Of a stretch of 64,000 nt of DNA, positions 16,400-36,160 are shown one piece after another. Source of the stretch: the human T2T-CHM13v2.0 reference genome, Homo sapiens; assembly GCF_009914755.1 (NCBI RefSeq), contig NC_060925.1; one strand, written 5' to 3'. A model generated the notes under the pieces. That model worked only from the letters and a program-made list of their open reading frames with translations. It had not been told where the DNA came from and ran no database searches. How positions within the stretch are numbered: position 1 is the stretch's first letter; every line of letters begins with the position of its first letter. The position numbers and the translations under genes were made by a program.

Positions 16400-17442
16400 C
16401 TTGGAGGAAGGAAGGAGAAGGAAGATCCAGGTCAATGCAGGTCTGGCAGCAGGAGTCGAAGCCCCCACTGCAAGCTGGTTTCTTTGCTGGCACAACCAGG
16501 ATGCTGCCCACTCCCTGCCTCCTCTCCAAATTGTGATTGCCTCAACAGGGCTGTCAGTCACCAGCAAAAGCAAGGCCCATCCCTCTTTTCTCTCCATTTG
16601 GTTTCCAAATGGAGGGGTAGTCACTGGCCTCAAGGCAGGAACATGATCCTTGAAGCTCCCAGTGGGAGAAATCTTCCTCCCTCCTCCCATCATTCCTATC
16701 GATGGCTACCAAAGCTGTCGGCAATGAAGTTGGCAGAAGCTCCCCAGAACATGGCGCTCACAGCTCCTCAGAGAACTCTGGACTTCAGCAGAGCCTGAGG
16801 AAGCCCTCACCAGCCTGTCAGCTCCCATGGAAGGCCCAAAGAGGGGAAGAGGGTTCCTTGGGGAGGTCTCAGCCAGATGGGTCACCTACAGCATCAGCCC
16901 CAAGACGGTGCAGATGCAGCAAAATCAAAGCGAACATAAAAACAAGTAAAAACTGCAGCAGCATACCGAGGAAGCTCACGAAAGGAGCGTGGAGTGGGGG
17001 CGGGATCCCGGGGAAAGTCTTCCAGGAGGAAGGCAAGATGGCCAGCTTGAAGCAGGGAAGGGAGAGGGAATTCTAGGTGGCAGAAAGGGTGGAAAATGCT
17101 AAGGCAGAGGCTCCGAGCTCTGGGGTGGAAGAACAAAGCAGTGGTGGTGTGGAATGGAGGCAGCTCGCTGCATGTCCAGCTGGGGAGCAGCCTCCCTGCC
17201 CCTGTAGCTGCCTCCCTGCTTGCTCTGAATGGAGCCTCTGGGCTCAGCAGGACCTGGTAGGAACTGAGTCCCTCTCAACTCAGGCACATGAAGAAAATTC
17301 TCCTGCCCTCTAGGCTCCACGGTGTGACCCCAAAGCAGTGTGTGTGGAGCAGACAAGAACTTTCTGATGGTCAGGGGACATTCATCACTGTAAATCGAAG
17401 ACTAAGAGAGGTGGCAGAGCTTATATCCTCATACCAGAGATG

Positions 17443-18165
17443 CAGTAGACCCTTGAACAACACAGGTTTGAACTGGCTGGGTCCACTCACGTGCGGATTT
17501 TCTTTTGCCTCTGCCACTCCTGAGACAGCAAGACCAAACCCCCTCCTCAGCCTACTCAACATGAAGGCGATGAGGATGAAGGCCTTTACAATGATCACTT
17601 CCACTGAATGAATAGTAAGTATATTTTCTCTTCCTTATGATTTCCTTTTTTTTTTTTTTGGAGTCTTGCTCTGTTGCCCAGGCTGGAGTGCAGTGGCGCA
17701 ATCTCAGCTCACTGCAAACTCTGCCTCCTGGGTTCAATCGGTTCTCCTGCCTCAACCTCTTGAGTAGCTGGGACTACAGGTGCCCGCTACCACGCCTGGC
17801 TAATTTTTTGTATTTTTAGTAGAGATGGGGTTTCACCATGTTAGCCAGGATGGTCTCGATCTCCTGACCTCGTGATCCGCCCACCTTGGCCTCCCAAAGT
17901 GGTAGGATTACAGGTGTGAGCCACCACACCTGGCCATGATTTTCTTAATAACATTTTTTTTCTCTAGTTTACTTTATCGTAAGAATACAGTCTATGATAT
18001 ATATAACCACGCAATATGTGTTGTTTATGTTATTGGTAAGGCTTCTGTCAACAGTAGGCTGTTAGTAGTTTTGGGGGTCAAAAGTTATACACAAATTTTT
18101 GGCTGCATAGGCAGGAGTGGTTAAGTTTGGTAACCCCAAACCCCAAGTTGTTCAAGGACCAACTG
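17443..18165. mobile_element. Tigger2a/MER28-like TcMar DNA transposon with an Alu insertion
   Basis: Terminal inverted repeats CAGTAGACCCTTGAACAAC ... GTTGTTCAAGGACCAACTG followed by TA; about 420 bp without the Alu. Confidence 0.82.
17646..17935 (-). mobile_element. Alu (AluSc-like) inside Tigger2a
   Basis: poly-T tail; TSD atgattt. Confidence 0.9.
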
Positions 18166-18587
18166 TATTTCAGGCAAACATACATTAAGCCCGCACTAAG
18201 GGCAAGATGTGGTTCCTGTGCACACTGTGGGGGAAACCAAGGAACCACACAAGAACTTGCTCTCAAAGGGACTTACAAATCAAAGGCAACTTCCCCTACT
18301 CCTCAGCAGCCCCAGGCAATGGTGAGACCAAATGATCTCTCTAGAACCAGCCAGCACTATGTGCATGGAGAGCCAGCATGCTCCTCCACACCAGATTTGC
18401 TTAACTTTGTGATAAGATGTTGAGTGGACCGGCCAAGCTCATGAGGTCCCTTCCTGGGCCACTGGGTCATCTGAGAATGCCCCTTCCCTTCCCTGCCCTC
18501 ACCCCTCCGTCTCTAGCCTTGGGACATACACAGCTGGAATAAGATAAAAAGTAGACAGTAAGCCCACTGTGAACTCTAAAAGCCCAC

Positions 18588-18730
18588 CTTTGCAGGAACT
18601 CCTGGAAAGAAGAGAAGAGGAGGTAATCAATGGCGCTGAAGTCCTCACTACTCTTGTTCAGGCGGAACTGGAGGAAGACCAGCTCCCGCTTTTTCACTTC
18701 CCGGGGCCCCTGGACAATCAGGGCAGATTT
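18588..18730 (-). CDS. PACC1: PACC1 exon 5 (KSALIVQGPRE...SSFQEFLQ)
   Basis: Acceptor tttttctctctgcAG|AAA; donor AG|GTGGGC; 143 nt. Confidence 0.96.
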
Positions 18731-18944
18731 CTGCAGAGAGAAAAAGGACAGAGTCTCAGTCCTGGGAGAGTACACAGAGGCCTCTGGGTCTGAGGGCAGA
18801 AGTACTGACTGGAAAGCCCATAGCTCCTTGCCCAGTGGTCTCCAAAGGGACCACTAGCCAACAACAGGACTGGGCTGGGACTCATGCTCATTCCTGGGGA
18901 GTTTTCCCCATATGATGCCCAACCAGAGCTGAATGCAGCTCATC

Positions 18945-20160
18945 CTCTGTCCACTTTTCTCATTGGTTCTTTGAGTTATGGAAGCTCTTAATTTAGCAAG
19001 GATGATCACTTTCATCTGTTATGTGTGCCAATCTTTTCTTCCAGTCTGTCATTTTTCTTTTAACTTTGTTTCCAATGTCATTTGTCCTATGGAAACTTTA
19101 AATTTAACGTAGTAAAACCTTAAATCCTTTTCTTTACGGCTTTGGGTTTTGCTTGCTGAGGAAAGCCAAAATTATATCAATATTCTCCTCTATTTCTTTA
19201 TAGCACTTTTTAATCTTTTTTACATTTAGATACTTTATATACCTGGCTTTAAGCTCTGTATATAGTGTGAAATAGGGCTCTAACTCCTACTTCCCAAACA
19301 ATGCATAGAGACAGGTTTTGAAGCCTCTTCCCCTCCCTCCTTTATCCTATACTAAATTCCATGCAGAACCAATATCTATGTCTGCTTCTGGCCCTAGCAG
19401 AGCCCACACATTTGTCTGTCTCTGTCCAGTACTGTGCCACTTTGATTCCTGTGGTTTTTCCACTGTTCTGAGATCTGGGAAGGTGCTCTCCCTACTACTC
19501 TTCCCCATCCCCAAACTTGTCTTGGTTATTTTTGAACGTGTTCTAAGTATGCTTTAAGACTAGCTTGCTTAGTTCCACAAAAAAATTCACTGGGACTTTT
19601 AACTGTGATAGAAACTGAATTTATAGATTAATTTTAGAAAAAAATGTCTTTTACATCAACTTTTATAAATAAATGCTCTACAGAGATTTGAAAAAGAGTG
19701 AGTACACTGTCAGTTACAAAGTTTTGTGCCCCCACATGTATACACACACATACATACTCTAAATTTATTAACTGCACTATTCAATTCTTATCCTTTCTAG
19801 TTTTTGTCTATTTGATCTGTGAATTTCTGAGAGGGGTGTTTAAATCGTGCTCTAAAGTGATGGTATTTTTTACTTCTAACGGGTTTTGCTTAAAATATAT
19901 AAATGTCATGCTGTTTTGTACATAAAGTTTTGGAACTGTTCAGTCGTCTTAGTGGAGAGTATGGAGTTGAACCTCTTATCAATATTAAACATCCTTCTTG
20001 CAAACTTTTGCACGTGGAATTCCACACTATTAATATTGTCACTTCTGGTTTTCGTTGCATCTTCTCAAGACAGCTTTGTCCATCTATTTATTTTTCAACC
20101 TTTCTGTACCATTTTGTTTTAAGTGTGCAACAGAAAGCACTGTCCCTGGTTTCTATTATC
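18945..20160 (-). mobile_element. Ancient L1 (L1ME-like) fragments
   Basis: T-rich degenerate antisense L1 ORF2-like sequence; boundaries approximate. Confidence 0.5.
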
Positions 20161-20368
20161 CATTTCTTCCTTTAGTACTAGAATGGCTTTCCCAACCCAG
20201 ATTTCAGCAGAATCCACTCCCCCTGCTGGAGCCTCATCTCTGCCCTCAAATGTAGCCACGTGATAAAGTTCCTAATGTGCGAAAGAAAAGGGGACTCATT
20301 CAACTCCACCCCATTTCCTGAAAAGGGAACTGCTTGCCCTCCACCTTCCCAGGCCTGGGCATGTGCAC

Positions 20369-20384
20369 AGACACACACACACAC

Positions 20385-20419
<35 letters not shown>

Positions 20420-20458
20420 CCCACATGGACCAGAACAATGCCCAGGGGACAGCACAGT

Positions 20459-20506
<48 letters not shown>

Positions 20507-20548
20507 CCACATGGACCAGAACAATGCCCAGGGGACAGCACAGTGACA
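20369..20548. repeat. Compound (CA)n microsatellite with a duplicated 44-bp unit
   Basis: gcccacatggaccagaacaatgcccaggggacagcacagtgaca is identical at 20419-20462 and 20505-20548, each copy preceded by a (CA)n run. Confidence 0.95.
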
Positions 20549-20731
20549 AGACAAAAGTCATGGCTGGACTATCCTATGAGGCAGTACTGCCCACTACGCC
20601 ACACGGCCTGCATGCCAGGACTGTTCTCAGAGAGAGAAGGAGGCTTCTCCCTCATCTCAGCCATTGTATTTGCAGGTTTTGTTTTTATTTGGTAGCTTAG
20701 CCTATACTCTGACTAATACACAATTTGTTAG

Positions 20732-21214
<483 letters not shown>

Positions 21215-23529
21215 TAAATTGAGAGCATGAAAGAAAGCACCAGAAAATCAGCAAAATTCCGAAGATTTTACAAATACAACAGGATGAGACCCTCGACTGG
21301 GGTCACTTTCACATGAACTTGATTAGATGCGAACAGCCAGAAGCCTACACATTTCTGAAATCTCACTGCAAACATAGGCAGTGGCAGGAGGCAGGTAAGA
21401 AGCCGCCCTCCAAGTTTGCAATTGTTTAGCCCTAAAGCTGCTCACACAAGCAGGAAGTGAGTGGCACAAGCTGTGCAGCCACCAGGGAGGGCGTATTTTC
21501 TAATGTCCACTTCAGATATGGCCACAGAGCATTACCACCAAGGCAGAAGCTCCCAGGGGACGAGGCCAGAGCACACAGGAGTCTCTTTCTGAGGGCAGCA
21601 ACAGGTTCAAACCAAGGAGCTTACTTCATGCCAAGAAGGCGTCTCACCGGTCCCACCCTGCAGGGTTCCACCACTGCTGCAGAGCAGAGCTGCGGGCCCT
21701 TCCCCTTCTTCCTTTTCCAAATGGGAGCTCTACTGCTCTCATCATATTCTTCCTCCACTGCTATATGCTGGTTTGGGTAGGAAACTTGGTGGATAGGGAG
21801 GAGATAACTTCTCTGTTAGTTTATAGCTTGTGGACTTCAAGAAATTGATGGAGGAGATGAACCAACACTCAGACTTGGGGGCAGTAGCTGCATTCAACTT
21901 CATTTCCATAAAAACAACTCTCTCTTTGTGCCCTTATTTCAAGGGTTTTTACACTCTTTAGTCGAATTATGTAACTATTGTAACAAGTGCAACTGGCCTA
22001 CACAGGTTTGGAAATGACCCTCACTGACTCCTCCTAAGCATACCCTTCAACTGGGGGAGGAGAGGAGGGCATCCAGAGAATAGGCACCTAGTGGGACGGA
22101 AGCAGCCACAAGTTTTCATTAGCGTGTTTTACAGAGAGATGAAGGGAGCTGGGAATCCAGACAAAGAGCTTCTATTATACATATAACTCCACATTGGAAT
22201 TGTTTAAAAGTTGCTTTCCTTTTTGTTTTAATTAGCTTCTACTTCCCTATTCTAGAGTCCATTCTATTTGTTCATCTTGGTCCTTTTCTGTCATTGGTTT
22301 CATGCAAATGTCTGGTGACCATTAATTCTCCATTCTTATTTATGAATGAAGGATTAGGTTGACTAGTATAGGTCTGGGTTTTGGTTTCTTCCAAAGTAGT
22401 AAATTTCTGTTTCTCTAATAGGCCTCTCCCTTGCATGGGAAAGCTAAGTATGCTCTGTGGAAGCACACTGAGTTTTCCAGTGTGTTTTACTCTGGGAAGA
22501 GTCCTTTCCTTTAGTTCTCTCTCCTTTTCCATTGTAGAAGTCTGCTCTGTTTCCTATGCCTACACAAAGAATCATCTTCCCTTCGCTTCTGTAGAGAATG
22601 GTTCCAGGGTCTTTTACCCAGAGGCAACCATCCCCAGCGGCTCTGCATACCTGGGGAGGGTATAGGGTGTGTCTGGCCCAGCCAACAGGCAGTCCAGTAA
22701 TGACTACCCTGCTCTCTAACGGTGCTGATTCCAAGCTGGGGGTTTGGAAGGAAAGCTTGTACCTCTACAACAGGTCTCTCCTTCATCTGTTTTGGGTTAG
22801 GGATTTGCTCTAATTTGTTTGCTCCACCAATCTGGCCCAAGCTGTTTTTTATGCTTTATACCAGTTCCTCAAAATGTCTGGTCCACTGGTGATATCCTTT
22901 CTTCACGTGCAAAGCTATTATTGATGTTCTAGTCTGTTCTATCTCATTCCTTAGAGAATCATTTTAGCAGGATTTTAGGAGGGGGCCTAGCGTTCACATA
23001 CTAACAAAAAAAAAATTAGTGTTATTCTTTCATCTTAAAACCCACTAACAGTTCCCTGTTACCCAAGGGAGCAAGTGTGGCTCTACAGCACGATGCATGT
23101 TCTTTTCTCATCTGGCCATTACTCTGTCCACAGCTTCATCACCCATCAGTCTTCCAGGGCTCCTGACCCTATGAAACATTTCCCCACCAACTGCAATTGT
23201 GCCCAGAGGCACAAGTACAACATGTCGTCTCTTCCCTTTAGGTCATGGTGCAATTTCCTCTGCCTAGAAAACCTTTCCTTCCCAATTTCATCTGGAAAAC
23301 TATTGTAGCCCCTTTCAATGCTTTCTGAAGCAAGAATATGAAATGAAAAAGATGAGATGTAAATCAATACAAAACGCCTACCCTGTCTTTGAAACCCTGT
23401 GCAGTGCCACTCCTCCAGGGCGCTCCTAACCCCATCCCTCAGTCATCCTTCCCAGCCGTGCTGTGTTGTGCACGACAGCATGGCCAGCCCAGGGCCCAGG
23501 AGTCCTTGTCCCCAGACCGACGCTCCTTT

Positions 23530-23680
23530 ACGCTGGCGTATTAATTTCAAACTATGGATTCTCAGGCCCCACCTAAGGAATTATAATTCAGTTGGCTTCA
23601 CATGGAACCTAGAAATTCATATTTTCAAAAAGTATCCTGGCAATTCTGTCAAGTGGTCAGGTATGGGACCCACTTCGCTA
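23530..23680. mobile_element. MER5A-like hAT fragment
   Basis: ggattctcaggccccacc...ggaacctagaaattcatattttcaaaaagtatcctggcaattctg resembles MER5. Confidence 0.5.
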
Positions 23681-23981
23681 TATCGCACCAGCCCCACCCT
23701 TTAGCCCTGCCATTCTTCCATTGGGGACAGGGTCTCACCGCACTGTCAGGAATCCCTGAGCAATACTCAGCAAAGGCTGGAGGCCTCACTGTCCTCCCTG
23801 AATGCAAGTGAGCCAACCACAGCCAAGTGTCCACATGGCACAGCCGCATGTCTCCTTGGGGACTAAGGCCCCACACTGAGTGAGTGGAAGAAGGACTCCT
23901 AGGAAAAAGGAAACTTGGGGCCTTGGGTTGCGGGGCTAACAGAGCAGCTGCCCAGACCCAGCTCAGGCAGACAGGAATTAC

Positions 23982-24133
23982 CACAGTCTGATTGGAGAAG
24001 GGGTCCGTGTAGTTGATCCTCTGGGTGGTGCAATTCATGTCACCCGGCTGGCCAGGGCTTGTCAGAGGAGGAATGACCTCGTAATGGTGCTTACAGCTGA
24101 GCAACTGGGCCTGACCGGGGTACAAGGCAATAC
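23982..24133 (-). CDS. PACC1: PACC1 exon 4 (IALYPGQAQLLSCKHHY...DPFSNQTV; C128, C149, sequons N148/N155/N162)
   Basis: Acceptor tttgtgcccccAG|GT; donor GTG|GTAATT; 152 nt. Confidence 0.96.
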
Positions 24134-25598
24134 CTGGGGGCACAAACAGGAAAAGCAAGTGTCAGAAATCACACTCCTGACCACATCCCTGAAATCATCT
24201 CACACCTACCAACAACCTACGTTCTGGACTCCCTGGAGGACTGCAGGGAAGGGAGAAGAAAAGGGTTTCAGAGGGTGAGGAGCCACATCCCCTGGCCTCA
24301 GAAAGCCCCGCTGTAGCAGAGGGCACAAGCCCCTCCTCAGTAAGCCCCTGGCCAACCTGGGATCCAGCCGCCCTGATGCCCACATCAAAACCCACTCCAC
24401 CTCAGAGCCCCGCTCCACACCCTCCGAAGGAGTGTCTCTTGACTCAGCCCCTGTGCCACCCCTCTGGGCCAACACCCACCTGCAGAATCACTGGGAGGCT
24501 CTAAACTGTGGAACTCCTCAGAACTCATTTTGTCTCTTAGACTGGGAGCCCCAAGTGTGCAAGTCACATCCCAAGAGTCCCTCCCTCTTCCCAGCCCAGG
24601 CACCTCTACTGACAGTAGCTGTCCAGCCTCAAGGGCAGCAATGCTAAGACAGCAGCACATGGCATCAGAGACAGACAGACTTCAGAGACACTAAGACACC
24701 AGACAGAGAAAGTAAAACGTACAGATAAAGAAGACTCAAGCAGACACACAGAGAAGAGGGACAAACACAAGACAGGAAGAGATGGGCAGAGGAGCCATGA
24801 CCAGCACACCTGACTCTGCTGGAGGCTGGCAGGAAGCCCCAGAGAGAGGGCACCCGGACTCTGGCTCTGCCATGTGAGCAGGCCCTCCCACAGGTTACTC
24901 AGGGGCATCTGTGGGCAGAACAGGTGGCACACACTGGGTGGACAGGGCCCAAGTCACACAGCTCATGCCTCCTCATTTACTCTACAGCCCCTAGAACATC
25001 CAGTGCCAGCCCTGCAGCCCAGAGCAGATAGCTTGCTCTATAGCAGAGTGGACTCCCCACTCAGGGACCAGACACCCCAGTGAGACAGGTATACCCAGTG
25101 TGGCCTGGGAGTCCCTCTCCAGGCAGGGTTGAATGGCCTCGCCTCCCCTGCCATCCTCCCCACCCCACAGTCCAGCCTTGACTCCTGCTTCTCCTCATCC
25201 CTGCCCTCTGGCCCCAGCCAAGTTAGTCTCATCCTCTCCAGAGAAGCCCTCTGCCTCCCTAGACACCCCTTCGCTCTGCTGATCCCCATCCCAAAGACAC
25301 TCTCTTCCCATCTATGTGCTTTTCGAGGCCCATCTCAAATCCTACCTCTCTGCCAAGCTTTCCCTGACCCCTCTAGTAGCCTGCAGTAGCTGCTCCAGGC
25401 TCTGTCCATTTCTGTCCTCAGCACGTAACACACTCCCAACAGCAGCTCCTTGGGCATAGACTCTATACCTAGACTATGCTTGGTTGGACTCCTCTGCCCT
25501 GCCCGTAGTACCACAAATACAACGGCAGCTCAGGGAGTATCTGCCAGCTGACACCCTAGATCTGGGGCCCTGATGCCTGGCCCAGGGGCAGGCTCTAC

Positions 25599-25808
25599 CT
25601 GGGGCATCATAGCGATCCACTTCCTTGTAAGACACAGACATGACAGGGTGCTTGAGTTTCTCACGAAAGTCTGTGATGGTCCGGTAGACCAGGAAGACGG
25701 CCACAGCCATGAGCAGCAGGTAGATGAAGATGAGTAGGACCGAGAAGACGTTCTTCAGGCAGGCCTTGCTGAAGCGGATGCTGCTGGAGGCGGACTCGCT
25801 GTCCAGGC
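25599..25808 (-). CDS. PACC1: PACC1 exon 3 (LDSESASSSIRF...TM1...VDRYDAP)
   Basis: Acceptor ttttgttgttgtcAG|GC; donor CCAG|GTAGAG; 210 nt; hydrophobic VFSVLLIFIYLLLMAVAVFLVY. Confidence 0.97.
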
Positions 25809-26040
25809 CTGACAACAACAAAACACCATGTGACCCAGGGCACAGGGACAAGGTACAGACAGAGATGGCCAGCAACCTCCAGGCCCTTGCCTGCCTCACC
25901 AAGGAGGTGAAGTCACCTGCACGCCCAACCTTTCCACCTCACCCCACAAATCATAACAAAGGGCACCTGTAAACATTTACTACACAGCTTCTCTGCCAGG
26001 TAGAGGACACCAAGCTGAAGGAGACTTATTCATTGTCTTT

Positions 26041-26148
26041 AAGGAGTTTACTCTCAAAAGAAAAAAGATAAAAGATAAAAAACGATAAAAATGTTAAAAG
26101 AAAAAGCAAAAAACAAACAAAAAGAACAGAAAAAAGGAGTTTACTCTC
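26041..26148 (+). mobile_element. Poly(A)-only retrotransposition remnant with 15-bp TSD
   Basis: aaggagtttactctc at 26041-26055 and 26134-26148 flanks 78 nt of decayed A-tract. Confidence 0.7.
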
Positions 26149-26433
26149 TAGAGGGATAGGCAGTTACAATCCAACAAGTGAGCTGGCCCCAACCTACCTC
26201 TCTGGCCTTATCCCTCACTGCTCCACTTCCCCAGTTCTCCCAGCTCTAGCTCCACCTCTACTCATCGACTTTCTGTTCTTCTGGAGTGCCCTTCTCAACC
26301 CGGGATTCCCTCACACTTACCATTCCCTCTGCTTGATTTTCTTTTCTTCCACAGCTGATGCTTCACTCATCCTAAGCCCCGAAAGCTTTTTGCTTGGCAT
26401 CTGGCTTCCAACAGTGACAGAGTAGCTTGGTCA

Positions 26434-26824
<391 letters not shown>

Positions 26825-27124
26825 CTAACCTTTATTTGGGCACCTCTTCCTCAGTGTTCCCAGGGAGCCCTGTACGTCCCCTACTTCATCACTCTGCAAT
26901 GTCATGTCTATACATCTTTTATCCTCCTAGGCTGTGAGTTCCATGAGGGCAGGGATGGGGCCAGTCTTATCCCTAACTGAATCCTTAGCCCTTCATGCTA
27001 TGCCTGGAACATTCTGCATTTACATGGTGACTGATTGAACACGTCCTGATGCTATTGGTACAACACAACTCTGTCTCCCCTACCTCCCTCACAAAATCCT
27101 GAGGCTAGAAGCTAGATTAATCTC

Positions 27125-27505
27125 TGTTATGGACGAAACTGTATCCCCCACCCTCAAATTCAGGTTGAAGCCCTAACCCTCAATGTGAGTATATTTAGAG
27201 ACAGGGACTTCAAGGATATAATTAAGGTTAAATGTGGCCATAAGGATGAGGCCTGATCCAATAGGACCAGAATCCTTATAAGAGGAGGAGACACTAGGAG
27301 CACATGCACACAGGAAAAAAGGCCATGTGAGGACACAATGAGAAGGCAGCCATCTGCAAGCCAAGGAGAAAGGCCTCACCAGAATTCAATCCTGCTGGCA
27401 CCTTGATATTGGATTCTCGCTTCCAGAACTGTGAGAAATAAATTTCTGTTGTTTATGCCACTCAACTGTGGCATTTTGTTACAGCAGTCTGAGCTGACTA
27501 AGATA
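27125..27505 (+). mobile_element. MLT1A-like MaLR solo LTR
   Basis: TGTTATGGAC start, ...ccagaactgtgagaaataaatttctgttgttt...gactaagata end. Confidence 0.82.
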
Positions 27506-27654
27506 CTCCCACAGGGCTCCCTGTGCCCTCTCTGCTCCTCAGCTGAAAATGGAGCTCCCTGAGAAGAAGTCCTATTTCCTCCACAGCCCAGCTGAGCACA
27601 AGGCTGAGAACAAGGGAAGCATCTGAACGTAAGCCCCAAAAGGTATCTGCTTGG

Positions 27655-28848
27655 CATCTGGCTTCCAACAGTGACAGAGTAGCAGTGTCACATCACCCTT
27701 CCACAGAAAACAATTATAAACTTTGGACAACATATTTTAAATTATTTGAAGGCACTGGGAGAATGATCAAAAGCAGGTAGAAATTGAAAGAGAGGCTACC
27801 CTTGAAAGAGAAGAACTGTACTTGGTGAGATTTATACATCTGTAGCTTTTTGCCTAAGAATACATGCCAATCCCTATAAGGCATGGTTCAGAGTGACAGG
27901 GACAAAGTTCAGGGCTGGAAGAGCAGCCAGAAAGTTAAGACAAAACCATGAAAGGGAGGGAGCCACACAGGGGGTGAAACTCCCAAATCTGCAACTAAAT
28001 ATATGTTCAGATCCTTGGCTGGAGAACCCAGGGGGGGCCAGCAAAAAGTAACAACTGGAAATTGAAAGAACTGCATGGAGATTTCAACTACGGCTAATGC
28101 AGTGGAGATAGGAGTTTAGAGCTTAAATCTTGCCATATTAACAATATGCCAAGAAAAAAAAATACCCTTCTGAAGATCATAACAGAATCCAGAATCTCTA
28201 TATCATTCATAATGTCCAGTGTTCAATCAAAAATCACTAGACATGCTAAGAAACAAGAAAATGTGACCTGTACTCAAGAAAAAAGCAATCTATAGAAACC
28301 AACACCAAGATGACCCAGTGTTGCAATTTAGCAGAGAGAAAATTTACAGCACTTAAAGGAAAATATCTGAATAAGGAATAAAGACAAGATCAATAGAGAA
28401 ACAGAAACTAATAACAATGGCCAAATATATAGAATTTCAGTTTTGCAGGATGAAAAAGCATTGTGGAGATGGATGGTGGCGATGGTTGCACAGCAATATG
28501 AAAGTGCTTAATATCACTGAACTCTACATTTTAATGAGTAAGATGATGAGTTTTACATTACGTGTATCTAACCACTGTAAAAATGTTTCATAAAATTTAA
28601 AAAAACAGATGGAAATTCCAGATCTGACAAGAAATAAATGAAATAAAAAGTTCACTGTATAGGCTTAATAGCAAAAGATGGCAGAGAAAGAGTTTGTGAA
28701 CTCAAAGTTAAATCAACAGAAACTATCCAATTTGAAGAAAATATTGAAGGAAAAAAAAAACCAAATGGAGCCCGGAAAATTGTTACAGTATCTAGCAGTG
28801 TAGTGACATGTAACTGGAGACAGAAAATGGGTCACAAAAAATATCTGA
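27655..28848 (+). mobile_element. Ancient L1 (L1M) 5'UTR/ORF1 portion, left part
   Basis: Degenerate A-rich L1 ORF1-like sequence that resumes at about 35331. Confidence 0.6.
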
Positions 28849-29155
<307 letters not shown>

Positions 29156-29168
29156 GACTATTGATATT

Positions 29169-35300
<6,132 letters not shown>

Positions 35301-35330
35301 CATATACATATTGAAAAAAAAGAAATCTGA

Positions 35331-35504
35331 AAAAAAAATGGCCCAAAACTGGAGAAAGACAACAACTTACAGATCCAAGAAGCTCAATAAACGCCAACCA
35401 GGATAACTTAAAAAAAAAAAAAAAAAACCATCCCGAGGCAAATAATAATCAAAGTGCTAATGTAAAGAAAAGAGAAAAATCTTGAAGGCAGTGAGGGAAA
35501 AAAA

Positions 35505-35547
<43 letters not shown>

Positions 35548-36160
35548 TACATATAGAGCACTGATATTAACGACAACTAATTTCTGAACAGAAACAATGG
35601 AGGCCAGAAGACAATGGAACATCTTCAAATGCTGAAAGAAAAAAAATTTTTTGTCTACCAGTATAATTCTCTATCCAGCAAAACTTCAAAAATGAAGATG
35701 AAATAAAGATATTTTGAAACACAATGGCTGAGAGAATTCATCACTAGCAGACCTGCACTAAACTGCATGCTAAGAAAAATTCTGAAAGCTAAAAGGAATT
35801 GACACTAGATGGTAACTCTCAGATGTAAAGAGCACTGAAAATGTTAAATAAGTGAGTAAAACAAAAAGCTACTTAAAAAAAATTAAGACTGCCTACAGCA
35901 GAAATTACTCAACAATATGGTAAGGTTTATAACTTGCAAGAAAGAAAAAACAGAGAAACAAACAAAAAAACCCAGCAAGACAAGTAGAAAACAGCAAAAT
36001 GGTAGAGCCAAATCCAGCCATATCAATAATCACATCAAATGTAAATGGACTAAACCGTCCAATTAAAAAGCAGAGACTGTCAGTCTGGATTAAGAATAAA
36101 ACCCAACCATATGCTTTGATAGCAGATTTCAAATACAAAGACACAAAAGAATATCTGCTC
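35331..36160 (+). mobile_element. Ancient L1 (L1M) ORF1 to ORF2-start portion, right part
   Basis: acagatccaagaagctcaa...; atcacatcaaatgtaaatggactaaac (EN-start-like). Confidence 0.65.
35505..35546. repeat. (TATC)10 tetranucleotide STR
   Basis: Perfect TATC run. Confidence 0.97.

Noticed and set aside
20369-20548. Repeat-spacer-repeat pattern resembling a CRISPR array
   Set aside because: Only two units, the spacers are (CA)n microsatellite, there are no cas genes, and the context is a mammalian intron.
20178-20695. HTHTHT / VCVCVC ORFs
   Set aside because: Translations of the CA microsatellite.
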